Shown here: in pieces, positions 1-13,400 of the stretch
How the letters are laid out: every line of letters starts with the position of its first letter
Position numbering within the stretch: the stretch's first letter is position 1
DNA from: Azolla caroliniana
Lineage: Eukaryota > Plantae > Polypodiophyta
DNA length: 64,000 bases
Direction of reading: 5' to 3'
NCBI GenBank assembly: GCA_043228905.1
Contig: JBHGNT010000001.1
Location: 23,560,001 to 23,624,000 of the forward strand
Position numbers and translations under genes: made by a program
Notes under the pieces: model-generated
Told to the model about the DNA's origin: nothing
The model's input: only the letters and a program-made list of their open reading frames with translations
Databases searched by the model: none

Positions 1-620
1 GCACTTGTTTTTAATAGCATGACAAAGGTCGGATGTTGAGGATTTTACCCCCAATTGTCTACAAAAGACTTCTCTCTATTTCATGTCATGCACTAAGTGA
101 AATAGTATCGCCCCATGCCTCCACTCAATAAAGCAACACTTAAGACCACCATAACATTGAATAACATCAATCTCACTTCACATCCTTGAGTATCACTTTG
201 GTTGCATTGATTCTCAAACATATAACTATTCCAACCCACTTGAGGTCTAGATTCAAAGCATACATTCCACTTATCTGTCTATGGGACATCATACCAAGAT
301 ATTTGAAGCTTTACGATTGTATTGGTTCTCCCTTGTATGTTAAAGTGGGATAGAGTCTTGGTTCTAATGCCTTTATTGCCATCATTTTTGTTTTGTCCAC
401 ATTAACAATTAGCCCGCTGATGTGATAGAATGTTTCAAGTACACCAAGTATTGCATATCATCCAAAGTATATGACAATAAAATAACATCATCAAAATATA
501 GGAGTAAAAAAAATAGGCTGCTACATGAGTTTTGGGCCATCCAACCTTTCTTCTTTTGCGGCCTTGTTAATTACTCTTTCGAGTTTATTGATGCATATCA
601 AACATATGAAGACATAATAA
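1..620 (-). mobile_element. Degraded RTE-like LINE reverse transcriptase remnant, probably inside a helicase intron
   Basis: Minus-strand translation gives LLLYFDDVILLS (about 470-507, YADD-type box), SGLIVNVDKTKMMAIK (about 371-420) and SFKYLGMM (about 285-311), with stops between. Boundaries approximate. Confidence 0.7.
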
Positions 621-1283
621 TCTCTATAGGTATCATATAATAGAACTTGTAAACAAAACATCGCTTTCACATATCAATATAAAAGTGATGGTGATAATAG
701 CAAACTTCTAGGCAGGACTACACCTTGATAAATTAACAATATAAAAAGTTTAACCTATTTACTTTAATTCAAGCTTTGTTAGGTAAAATCATTAAAAAGA
801 GGAAAAACTCTACCCCCACGTTTTTCTTTATTTCAACAAATGCCACTTAAGTTTTTGTGTTTTCCCCAAATACCCTTGATCAACTCTGAAAGAGGAATTA
901 TATGGTTGATTAGACACTTTTTCTCTGTTTTATGCGCTATTTGAGCAATTATGTATATGGTTAATTCATCACCTTTATCTCTCTTTTGGGATTTATCTAA
1001 GGTCATTTGGGGAGAAACAATCTGGATATTTCAGGGTTTTCCCCTTTAAAATAATCAAGCTTTGTTAGTTAAAATCATAAAAATAATTAAACTTCGTTTG
1101 TTTAGAGGTTATATCATAAAAATATTTAAATTCTGTTAATTAAATCATAAAAAGTGAAAAACTTAAAGCTATTCTATTTAAATTATAAAAGGGCTTCCTT
1201 CATTTATAATTATAATAAATATTAAACTTTGTTAGTCTAGATTCATAAAGTATATAAAACAAGCAACAAAACTTAGTACTTAC

Positions 1284-1811
1284 TTGAGGAATCTGAGTGG
1301 TTTTACCACTTCCGGTTTCTCCCATGATAATGGTGGTGGCATGGTTTTCCACCAAGTAAAGAAGAGACGAACGATGCTTGTAAGCAGGAAGGCGTTGTCT
1401 CTGCTTCTCCATAGCCATATAACCAGAGGAGCTGAAGGAAAAAAGGAAAGAGGAAAAGCAAAAACATTTTCAAATACTGTGGGTGTTTTGGATATAATAT
1501 AACCTGAAAAAAGAAATAGGGATGTGTGTGTGCACGTATGCACGCGTGTATACGTATATGTATATGTACGTAAACTGTATTATTTTACACATTATCCCTG
1601 TACTTGAAAGGTATGCATGTATGCATAAACCTACAGATATATACAAACATACATGTAAAAGTACTTGCATATACAACATGTATACATAAACAAGACGAAA
1701 GGAGGTAGGTACTTACTAGTTTGAGGAGGGAGTGAAGAACGAAAATACATCGTCTTCATCTGTTAATAGCGGGGCAGGCTTCTCTGAGCCTGGTTTCCAG
1801 AACTGCGCCAT
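1284..1811 (-). CDS. DHX35: DEAH-box RNA helicase (DHX35/DEAH9-like), exons 1-2; the gene presumably continues left of the window
   Basis: Exon 1 1811-1717 (MAQFWKPGSEKP...) and exon 2 1431-1284 (...QRQRLPAYKHR...GETGSGKTTQIPQ, Walker A). GT-AG splice sites join them in frame (TA|C = Tyr). The FWKPG N-terminus is typical of DHX35. Confidence 0.9.
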
Positions 1812-1866
1812 AGCCAAAGAAACAGAACAAACGCAGCTTGAACAATTGGCTCGAAGAAGAATTCAG

Positions 1867-1867
<1 letters not shown>

Positions 1868-1897
<30 letters not shown>

Positions 1898-1900
1898 CTT
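1868..1900. repeat. (CTT)n/(GAA)n microsatellite just upstream of the helicase ATG
   Basis: Direct read. Confidence 0.9.
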
Positions 1901-2234
1901 TCGGACTGTTCTTCTTTTTTTAGTTAAAAAAAAACCTTCCAAACAATAACCTTTATTAAAAATACTCTTTTAAGTGTGTAAACTCTAAACTCTAGGTTTG
2001 ATTTTAATGTTTTAACTTTTTAAGTTAAAACTAAATTTTTTACTAACCTTTTTTTGACAAACAAATAACCTTTTTTCGAAACAAAAAACCTTTTCCCTGC
2101 ACTTATTTGTAAAAACATTAATACAATATTTATTTTATGTATTTCATTATCTTTGTGAGGTAGTTATGTTAATTTGTGTATTTTTATGTACCTTTTATAG
2201 TAACGACATGTATAACAATGTAACATTATACATA

Positions 2235-4225
2235 GGAATGCACTATTTGCCCCCCCCAAATAGCGCCCCCTCCCCCAAATAAAGATACTCGCAAAAGACA
2301 AACAGGGACTCGTCTAATGGATTGCCCATTCTTCGTTAGAGCAAACTTCTCGAAGAAAATGGGATAGTGGACTATTAAAAAGGCTGCTATTACGCACAAC
2401 CATCCTATCTCGGTGGTATATCAATGGCTCATAGACTAACTGAAACAGAAAAAGCCATTGTTCGAGACATGGCAAATGTTGGAACTAGTGCGGCTTCAAC
2501 TCTGGTCTACTTGAGAGAAAAAACCGGAAATCAATGGACCACCAGGAAAGAAATCTACAACGAAAAAGTGGTTGCAAGAGCCGAGTTTCTTGACGAGCGC
2601 TTGCCAATTCAAGCGTTGTACGATGAGATCTCCACTGGCGACTTTATCTTCAATGTCAAGGTGAACTCGAACAGCTCAATCAATGGCCTTTTCTTTTGTC
2701 ATCAGAAGTCGGCAGATCTTGCCAGATGGTTCAATGTGGTATTTGTCATGGACTGCACCTTCAAAACGAATAGATTTGGCATGTCGTTGCTCAACATCGT
2801 TGGAATTACGGCCACAAATAGCACGTTCAATGTTGGATTTGCGTTCATATGCAACGAGACGGAACCCATGTATGTTTGGGCATTACAATTATTTGAATTT
2901 GTGACAAAGCCATCAGTAGTTGTAACTGATCGAGAACTTGCCTTGATGACTGCAATTGCTATCGTGTTCCCTTCTACAAAGAATTTGTTTTGCATCTGGC
3001 ATGTCAACAAAAACGTTCTGGCCTATGCAACGATGAAGTTTGCAAGCACCGACGACACAAACGCCTATATGGACGACTGGAACCGGCTTCTATACTCTTC
3101 CAACAAGCTAGATTTTGAGGCTAACTGGGCCACGTTTCAAACGAAATGGCGACCAAGTCATGATGCGCTGGTGTTGTATGTATACGAGACTTGGTTGATT
3201 CACAAAGACAAGATTGTACGTTATTGGACTAGTCGCTTCCCCCACTTTGGAATGACCAGCACCTCTCGTAGTGAAGGCAACCATTATGTCGTCAAGAGGG
3301 TTTTAGGCATTGTAAATAACGATTTGCTCACTGTATTCAAGAAAATTTGTTTACTACTGGACACACAGCTGACAGAATTGAACACCAAAATGGAGTCTGA
3401 CAAGTCTACACAGGCACATCAACATGCACTCGAGTTCATGAGGCCGCTAGTAAAGAAGATATCCAAACACACATTAGACAAGTTACTAGAGCAGTATAAG
3501 AAAGTTATTGACAACGATTATGATGATGAATGTACGGGGTTGTTTCGATCAAGTTTTGATGTTCCATGTTGTCATGACATTTTGAGATGCATCCAAAGAA
3601 ATGAAAGATTCCATATTGAAGATATTCACCGTCAATGGCACTTAATTGCGTGTTCAGTGGTTCAACCCACCGTTATAGCTGAGCCATGTTTGTCTCCCAG
3701 AAAGCGTTTGATGAGGAACATCGGGCAAAGATTGTATGAAACTGACGATGGCCAGGTTGTTGTTCTCATGACACGATTGGATGAAGCAAGTTAGGTACCA
3801 CTGCAGTCTCTCTCCAATCCAGTGGTGGTGACTAGGAAGCGAGGTCGCCCTGCAAGGTCAAAGAACAAAAAGGCCAACCAAAGGGAGAAGTCACTATTTG
3901 AGTACTCTACCGGTCGCAAATGTTCCAAATGTGGTCAAGCTGGTCACAACACACGCACTTGCGATATGCATTTGCCCCCCCATTTTGGCTATTTGCCCCC
4001 GTAGTACCAAGAAAGTTATTGACAACGATTCCTTTTTATGTAATAGTTGATAAACCTTTTTATGAGGTTGTAAAGTGTAATAGTTGATACATATCACAAA
4101 AAAAATTTGGCTGAGGTGAGAACTATCACAATTTTATTTTTTATTTTTATTTGGGGGGGGGGGGGGGGGGGGGGGGGTTAGCCAAAACGAGGGGGCGGAT
4201 TTAGGGGGGGCAAATAGCGCATTCC
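2235..4225 (+). mobile_element. Mutator-like (MULE) DNA transposon, internally deleted near its 5' end
   Basis: TIRs GGAATGCACTATTTGCCCCCCC... and ...GGGGGGGCAAATAGCGCATTCC; 8-bp TSD TATACATA (2227-2234 and 4226-4233). Confidence 0.92.
2424..4004 (+). pseudogene. MULE/FAR1-type DDE transposase with an in-frame stop at 3792-3794
   Basis: Motifs MDCTFKTNRFGMSL, VVTDRELAL and FCIWHV (CxxH). The same frame continues past the TAG into RKRGRP and a CSKCGQAGHNTRTC knuckle. A FAR1-like CPF..W..HNH remnant lies at about 2280-2420. Confidence 0.88.
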
Positions 4226-4349
4226 TATACATATAGATCTTTTCATTTTCTAAATTTATATGTATGTCAAATGACATGTTAGTTTTTGCAATCTTATGTC
4301 GTATGACATACGTCTTTGAAAAATGCCCGTCAAAAAACTTTGATACTAA

Positions 4350-4632
4350 CCCTTCCAGTTTAGGTCGTGTTGGCGTTGAACAGAATTGGTTGTAGATTGT
4401 ACAAGATGTCTCTATTTATAGGGTCTTAAGGAGTATTCCTAGAGTTTCTAAAAAGTTCCAGAGTACTTTAGATTGTTCTTGAATTTTGTAGATTATTCCG
4501 AAGAGTTCTAGAATCTAGTGAAATATTAAATGAAATATTTTATGTATTACAATATTTATTATAGTGGTAAAGTCTTAACGCATGTACCATAATGCCACGG
4601 GTTCAAATCTTACTCGAGGCTATATCATGACA
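4350..4632 (-). mobile_element. Truncated LTR with the same architecture as the element F LTR
   Basis: Minus-strand TATA (about 4413-4422), GAA/TTC array, tRNA-like box, and terminus ATCATGACA identical to the F LTR end. Left edge not resolved. Confidence 0.6.
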
Positions 4633-5561
4633 CCTAATGGCCAAGTTGACACCATCCCTCTATTCCATAGTGGCCCTCCCCATGTAGCATGTTCCATGAT
4701 TGTTTTTCAAGACAGTGATAGTCTCGTGGAGGCCTTGTAATTAGGTAATGAGTGCAAGATGTTGGATGCAACTTTCGTAAGTGCGACCAAGTGTAAAGTG
4801 TTTCAGGCCCGTGCCCCCTTAATTTGATGAGGAATTGGTGCATGATCATGTTTAAGGCATTTTGCATGCACATTATCATGGTCATGGTTGTTTAATTGTT
4901 ACATATGGCACAATCGAGGCAACCAAGGGTACGAACAAAAATTTGTTATGGAATGATAGGAACAATGCCTTCACCTTTGAAACATGAGGACAAACACCAT
5001 GATCCTAAACACCCCAAAAAGACAATATTCCACATACCAATCTCCTGTGATGGAATCATCAAGTGTATCTTATATGTATGTAACTCTTCTAAGATCACAT
5101 ATGTACACATGGGATGGCATATGTACACATAGGTGAATCCTAAACAATGATGTAAACCATAGACGATATAATCCTGACATATAATTGAGGTCTCCAACCC
5201 CTACACACAAATAACCCATAATAGTGTGCATAATACACAACGAGGTATTGACCTCCTATGTATACAAAACAAACATCACATATCAAGTGTGTATATTATG
5301 AATTTTGAATAAAGTAATAGCATATGTAATACACAATGGAGGCATGAACCTCGCCATGTAGCAAGCCATAATACAAAGCACCTTTAATAAATAAAGCTAA
5401 TAAACCTATTTTTTACATTCTTGGCTAGTTTGTATTATGATGGACAAGCAAGGGAGTGGGTTATGGAAGTGGACAAAGTATGAAAACTATGTGATTGTGT
5501 AACTAAGGTTTATGCACGAAGAACTAGTAATCCTCTATGGATGATTTCTAAAGACATGGAG
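4633..5561 (-). mobile_element. Heavily degraded Gypsy fragment, possibly related to element A
   Basis: Carries the GAGGTATTGACCTC motif of A's leader (about 5242) and a YPW protease-end-like remnant (about 4920). Confidence 0.4.
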
Positions 5562-6002
5562 TATTAGAGATCTTGGTACTAAAGTAAGCTTAAGATAAGG
5601 ATAAACTAATGATAGATAGAAAGGAGAAAGAGAAAGAAGGGTGTCGATCCACCCGACCACCCCCGAGCGAAGGGATCGAGACGGACTCGAGCCTCGATCG
5701 GCGTCCCATACCACCGTCGTGGCGTCGAGTCGTACCTGGTGTTGGTGCGCTCGCTACAAGAGTTGACCAACCACAAGAGCAGAGTCTCGATGTAGTCAAA
5801 AGATGATCAAATGAGGGTAGCTAGGCCTCTTATTTATAGCGATACCCAAGGCCCCCAGGCAAGTTCACACTTGACCTAATGGGTTGTCTCAATCCCGAGG
5901 ATTAAAAGTAATCCTCCCCTTCTTTACACTCTCATTTAACCCTCACACTTATCCACGTGTATAGAATACTACGGTAAATTCTCACCACGGGATATTAAAT
6001 GG

Positions 6003-9000
6003 TCATGCCCGTAACATACTCCCCCTCTTTAAAACATTGCACTCTTGCAATGGAAAGTTAGGGAAGTTAGTTCTGAGAGTATTTTCGCGTTCCCATGTGG
6101 CATCTTTTATTGATTTATCCATCCATTTTATTTTAAATTCTCGGATTTCTTTAGTACGTATTTTTTTTGTTTTAACATCGAGAATTCTTTCTGGTACATG
6201 TGGTTTAGAAGATAATTCTTTAGAAGTAACCAGAGTTTCAGTTGTAACTGTATTGTCGCAAGAACCTAGAAGTTCTTTTAGATGACTCACATGAAAGACT
6301 GGATGAATTCCAACACCATTGGGAAGAGTGAGACGATAGGCTGATGACCCAATGCGTTTGAGAACTGTAAAAGGTCCACAAAACCGTGGGGCTAACTTAG
6401 CGCACTTACCCGTAGACGATGTCATAGAATTGTGAGGTACATGTAAAAATACCTTCTATTCAGGGTTGAATACACGAGGTTGCCTATGATGATCAGCATA
6501 AAAACGTGCTCTATCTTGAGCTGTTTTTATATTATCTCGTGCAATATGCAACATATCTTGCATATCCCAAAGAAAGTTTTGCGTACTTCGCAACTCATCA
6601 TGATGTATATTAACATCAATCGGGGCTCGTGGCTGAAAACCATACATCAACATAAAAGGACTATATCCTGTCGACGTATGCTTGGAACTATTATAAGCAA
6701 ACTCCAAATTTGGGAGATAACGTTCCCATTTTGTTGGTTTTGCACCAACGTATGCTCGAAGCATGTCCTCAATAATTTGATTTACTCGTTTTGTCTGTCC
6801 ATCGGATTGAGGATGATCCGTGGAGCTCATGCTCAACGTAGTTTCTAACTTCTTAAAGACTTGCGTCCAGAAGTCACTAGTAAACTTTGGATCTCGATCA
6901 CTCACAATATCCATCGGTAACCCATAAAAACGAAATAATTCGTCAACGAATTGGTAAGCCAATTCAGGAGCTGTTACCGTCGTTTTAGTAGCAATAAATC
7001 TGGCCATTTTAGTTAGTCGATCAACGACAACCCAGATGGCATCATCACCTTTTTGGGTGCGAGGAAGGCTAACAATAAAATCCATGGATATACTTTCCCA
7101 CTTATTATTGGGAATGTCCAAGGGATGTAAAAGTCCTGCAGCTTTAAGTCGCTCGACTTTGTTAACCTGACACTGGTGACATTTAGTCACATAGTTATGT
7201 ATGTCAGGACACATCTTAGGCCAATAAAAATGAGTGGAGATGAGAACGAGTGTACGATGTATTCCAGGGTGCCCTGTTGAGGGTGCATCATGGCATTAAA
7301 AAAGAATCCTCTGTTTGACCTCGGGTAAATCTGGAACACAAACCTTCCCATTATGGTAGAGCAAACCGTTAGCAATGTGGAAGTATTCCTTCGAGGATGT
7401 GATGGTGTCTGTTCCAGACTCAACTCTTGCCCAGTATTTTGCAAAATAACTGTCATCAGGATACTTTCCTCGAAGGTGATCATAAAGATCTAATGTTATT
7501 TCAGTGAAGCTAGTCATGTTAACGTCACGGATGCGACTTAGTGCATCAGCGACAATGTTCATGGAACCTTTACGATATCGTATGGAGAAATCAAAGTCCT
7601 GGATGAGATCAGCCCATCGTACCTTACGACCTTTCAGGTCTTGTTGGTCACAAAAATATTTCAAGGACTCGTGGTCCGTAGTTACCACAAAGTGATTCCC
7701 ATAAAGATAATGGCGCCATGTTTTGAGCGCATGTATAACTGCAAATAATTCCTTTTCTTGAACGGTATACCGACATTGAGCAGAATCAAGTTTCTTACTC
7801 TCGAATGCTATTGGTTTACCATCTTGATACAAGACAACACCTATAGCATAATCGCTTGCATCGGTTTGAACCTCAAAAGGTTTTGAAGGATTAGGTAAAA
7901 GAAGTGAAGGAGCCTTGCAAACCAGGTCCTTGAGTTCGTTAAAGGCGAGGTCTAGTGTAGCATTCCACACAATAGGTTTTGTAGACTTACGTGTTTGACC
8001 TTTTAAAAGATCAGTAAACGACGTCGTCAATTGGGAGTAATTACGAAGAGATTTTCACAAAAACCCGACAAAACCAAGGAATGATCGAACTTCTCGAATA
8101 TTCCGAAGAGTGAGCCAAAGCTTGATTTTCTCGATGCGAGAAGGATCAATTTCAACTCCTCGTTCGGTTATGAGATGTCCAAGATAAGTAATTGATTTCT
8201 TGAAGAACTCACATTTTGAGATCTTCGCATAAAACTGTTTGTCACGCAATGTTTGTAAAACAAAGCGGGCATGTTTAACATGTTCTTTTAATGTACGACT
8301 ATAAACTAAAATATCATCCAAGAAAATAACGACAAATTTTCCAAGTTGTTCTCGGAAAATGTCATTCATTTCTTGTTGAAAAGTAGCCGGAGCATTGGTC
8401 AAACCAAAAGGCATAACCAAAAACTCGTAATGGCCATAGCGTGTACGAAATGCCGTTTTAGGAACATCGTCCTCACTTATTCGTATTTGATGGTAGCCAG
8501 TACGGAGATCAAGTTTCATAAAATACCGAGCTCCCTGGAGACAGTCAATTAGATCGTCAGCCCGGGGCAATGGATACGAATTTTTGATCGTCACTTTATT
8601 CAAGCGTCAGTAATTAATACACATACGCCATGTGCCCTCTTTCTTTTTAACCAAGAGAAATGGTGCACCCCATGGAGATTTACTATAACGTATATAACCC
8701 ATTCGTAAATAGTCCTTGAGTTGCTTAGATACCTCATCCTCTTCGGATCGACTTAAGCGATAAGGAGGTATACTTATTGGTGCAACACCAGGTACAATAT
8801 CTATACGATGGTCTATATTACATTTAGGAGGTAAGCCATCTAGTAGTTCACTCGGAAAAACATCACGAAAATCATTTAAGATTTCATCAAGTTGTTGTTG
8901 TTCAAAATATGTTAATTGAACCGAGACATTATCGATATTATAAACGTGAATGTCCGGATCAAGTACACAATAAAATAGAGTAGAACAAGACAAGTCGAAT

Positions 9001-10436
9001 ATTGATGGACACGAGGAAACAATCGAGAGGGATTGTTTTTTTACACATTGAATAAAATGAGTACAATCGTTCAATACAAATGTAATTGAATGATGAACCC
9101 ATTCAATAGATAAAGAAGAGTTTTTATTATAAAACCAGGGATAACCTAGTATTACATCGGTGGTACAAAGATTCATTACATGGAAGTCTACTTCCTCTAT
9201 ATAAGTATCAATAGAAATTCCTAATAAATGAATCGCCCCGTTGATGTATTGTACTCTTCCATCAGCCAAGTGCACCGTGTAGGTGTGATCACTTACGGTG
9301 GGTTGGATTCCCCATATCTGAACCAAACGATCATTCACAAAATTGTATGAGCTTCCCGAATCAAATAAAAATTGTACGAGAGATCCGTTGATATACCCGT
9401 TTGCACGTAGTAAATCATTGGGACCCAATACATAGTGAGGGAAAGAACATTGACAATTACTTAAATGATGTGTATAGACCTGAAGGACATTAGGAATCCG
9501 ACCTTTATGGTCTGCAGCTTTAGCTTTGTTGTCGTGCTCTTTCCGTTGGAGCTTTCGACATTGATCTTTTGTATGACCCTTCTTTTTGCAGAATACGCAA
9601 AAAGGATGTTGTCGCTTACAATCACGATCCAGGAATTCGTTGGGTGTCTTGCGTTTCCCAACAAATTGCGACTGCTTAGTCCCGGGCGCTTCGTTGGGTT
9701 TGTTGTGGTCCTTCTTCGAAGTGCGTTGATAGCGAAAAACTATTTCAACGGCCTCTTCGAAGGATTTTGGATCCTTATCGTGCACTATCCAGTGATAGTC
9801 CGAATTGGGGATGCCATTGACAAAACAAGCTATGAACCAATTGTCCCCTTCTAGACCCGATTTTTGGATTTGGGTTCTAGCATGGTGAACATAGTCTTCT
9901 AGCGAGGAAAATTTCCTGCTAGAGAGGTTCATTAAAGCTTGTGCTGCCTCGGTTCAAGAGGGAGGTTGCAGAAATTGGCCCTGAAAAACCGTGACAAAAT
10001 CTGTCCAGGTATCGGGCAATTTCCCCATAGTACGGAGCCCACGCCACCAGGCGGCGGCCTTACCCCCGAGTTCTCGGCCGACATATGCAATCTTCGTACT
10101 ATCTGGCGTGGGATAGAGCTCAAAATGAGACTCCCATCGTCCCAGCCATGTGCAGATTACTTCTTTGGTTCTTTCCTTTTTGTCTCCCGTAAATGGCTTA
10201 ACGACAAATGATGGTTCACCTTGTTGCTCATCAGGTCTATTAGTCTCACGTTGTAGACTAATGACACGTGCCTCGAGAGCACTTTGAGATTGCCGAAGTT
10301 CGGTCATCTGTTGAGCGGTGAAATTAAGGTATTGGGTTATTTGTGCCAAATACATCTCAGTGGACATTTGTCTAGGAGGATTTCGTTGAGTTCCTTCCGC
10401 TTGAGCGGATGACATCGGGTCGTTAATTTGAGCCAT
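6003..10436 (-). pseudogene. Element A gag-pol (Gag, CCHC, PR, RT, RNase H, INT, chromodomain), multiple stops and frameshifts
   Basis: [56 protein letters not shown], and chromodomain PERILD..IKW..DATWE. Confidence 0.92.
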
Positions 10437-11624
10437 TAAAGATTATTTTTGGAAAAGAAATAGGATTAGGTCAGAGAGATAGTCATAACATCATGTTGTG
10501 ATGTAAACATATCATGGGCAAACATTAATCGATATCATGATCTCACGTCAATACCCCTCTAGACGTATGAGATGAGGTTCAAGATCAGGTGACTATGGTA
10601 ACACAAAGGTGTTTTAAAAACCATGGGGGTGACAATTTAATGTCTTTCCCTGATCTCTATATCGATTTTTTCATGGCGGCTCCTCGAGGCTCAACCATGT
10701 ATGTTCGCGTCATGAATAGTTTATACACGAAAAAAATGTTAACAATAAACTATGTTTCGGTGCCCACATATGTGGTTTCGGCTCTTTAAGTCCTATTACG
10801 AGGACCCCGAGGTGCACTTAGACCTTAAGTCTAAACATGTGTTATAGTCATATGTATCAAGGATGTTGTATAATCTTGGTCATATTTGAACTCGAGACCT
10901 CGAGAACAAATACATTAAACACTTGAGCCAACCAAGTAAGTTGCTCTTCTCGAATGCTTAATGTTTGATGCGTATAAGAGATATGTGAGGCAATTGATCA
11001 TATATGTTTTTTTTAAAAGAACATATATTTCAAGGGTCCTTATTTCGCCCTCATTTACCAAAACTATGTTGGTACGTTACCTAACCTCAAGTTTCGTAAT
11101 TACGATGGCATACGCCAAATTGCAACCTAATGGTCAAGCCAAATGAGCCTTCGTTTCATAGTAGGCCCACGTGGCCCATCACATGGTCACGTCATTACGA
11201 ATGCCTCTCGTAAGAACGAGCTCATGGTGGCATGGTATCCATGTAACGAGGGAGGGATGTTGGATACATGTGTCATTGGAGCGACCTCACTTGAAGTGGG
11301 TCAAGCCCTACGTACTCAACATCATTATGGCTATAGGCGTTTCTTTACGTAACGAAATCGAGGTCATCAATGGGGTTGTCAACAATCAAAAATTGTTGAA
11401 AAAGGGATGGTGACAACGCCATTCTCACAAAAATGTGAGGACGGCCACCAACATCCTTTTCCTGACAAGGACAACTTTCGATATAATCACGTAATAACGA
11501 ATATACACATATGTTTACTTATCACATATATACGATCAAATACATATATACGTGACCACATATGCCTATATTAAACATATCGTTATATTAAATAGCCACA
11601 AATGATGTGATCGAGATACTTAAT

Positions 11625-11870
11625 CGAGGTATATACCTCTACGCACACGAAACATCCACAAATAAGAGATCATCATAATACGCAATTGAGGTATTGACCT
11701 CTTACGCATACGAGACCAACCGCATATCGTTTACAACAAATCAAGGTATTAAACTCATACGCAAACGTAACATCTGTTCCTGAACGTAATACGAAATTGA
11801 GGTATTGACCTCGTACGCATACGACACTCATCACATATTATTAATATGTCAAACGAGGTATTGACCTCGT
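11625..11870. repeat. Five units of about 55-62 bp, each centred on the hairpin GAGGT-ATTG-ACCTC, in A's 5' leader
   Basis: Copies at about 11625, 11687, 11742 (degenerate), 11798 and 11854. Confidence 0.75.
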
Positions 11871-13400
11871 GCACATAAGTAAACGTTTTAGATAATCAAT
11901 TAAAGACCACTACAACATCATTAACTTAATGAAAAAAATGACATATAAACTAAACACATGATTAGATGGGAGAAGAGAGAATAGAAAAAAAAATTATGGA
12001 AAGAGTTACCGAAGTTCTTTGTTGATCGTTGTCTAGATCAAGACCGACCGCACATCGATCGATCACCATCAATCAAAAGACAAATGAAAAACAAAGAAAC
12101 ATTAGTACATAAATCTAATATCAAATATTAGAGATCTAGGTACTAAAGTAAGCTTAAGATAAGGATAAAGTAATGATAGATAGAAAGGAGAAAAAGAAAG
12201 AAGGGTGCCGATCCACCCGACCACCCCCGAGCGAAGGGATCGAGACGGACTCGAGCCTCGATCAGCATCCCATACCACCGCCGTGGCATCGAGTCGGACC
12301 TGGTGTTGGCGCGCTCCCTACAAGAGTTGACCCACCACAAGAGCAGAGTCTCGATGTAGTCAAAAGATGATCAAATGAGGGTAGTTAGGCCTCTTATTTA
12401 TAGCGATACCCAAGGCCCCCAGGCAAGTTCACACTTGACCTAATGGGTTGTCTCAATCCTGAGGATTAAAAGTAATCCTGCCCTTCTTTACACTCTCATT
12501 TAACCCTCACACTTATCCACGTTTATAGAATACTATGGTGTCGAGATATTACGCAAGTGCGTGTGGAAACGAGGCGGGACCGCGGGGGTCTCGAACCAAA
12601 GAGCAAGCGAGGGAGGAGGAAGAGAGAGAACCGGCTACGCAGGACCGGGGATACACAGGGACACGGCCCTTCAGCACGGAGAACGCGAACAGACACCGAC
12701 ACAGACAGATGCGAATGACTAAATATGTATATTAACAAAAATGGCTAACACGACTACAACCCTCGATGGGGCACAGGTTGGTTACAACCGAACAGGCCGG
12801 CGAACAGATGTCGATGCTTGTTCGCTTCGACGCACAAAGGGGCAGCAGGTCGGAGGTGCTGCCGGAAGCACTCAGGCGTTCCTCGAAACAGCGCGAGCCT
12901 CCTCGGGACCCTGCACAGAAAGCTATGGAGCTCAAGAAGGAAGGAAACAGAGAGAGAAGCGTCCAGAAACGGTCCGACAGCACTTCGTCCTCTCTGCGCG
13001 AGATGCCTGCAACAGCTCTTTCCTGCTCCTTATATAGGCCGACGACAGGCCGTCATGTCAGCTTTATTCCCTGTCCCTTTCGAACAGGGATCCGCTCCGT
13101 TCTTCACGCATCCGCGTAGTTACGCCGCCGACTCGTACAGTTCCTTAGCTCGCGCGCGCGACCGAAAAGACTGTTCGCGCGGTCTTTGTCTCCACTTGTG
13201 TTAGGGCCCGTTCCTGCCGATTATCCTCCTAATTCGCTTCTATGTACAACTTGGAGCGTGCGCGCGTGAAGAACCGGTTCCCACGCCTTGGTGCGCCGAT
13301 TCCGCTTATGGGCGGTTTTCTTCACGACATCCGCCCTCACCTAACCGCGCATCCTCCGGTATGCGCCAAGAGAGTTGGGACGGAGAAAACCGGCCCGTCT

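Noticed and set aside
11625-11870. CRISPR-like look of regularly spaced palindromes
   Set aside because: Eukaryotic retrotransposon leader; spacers are related to each other; no cas genes.
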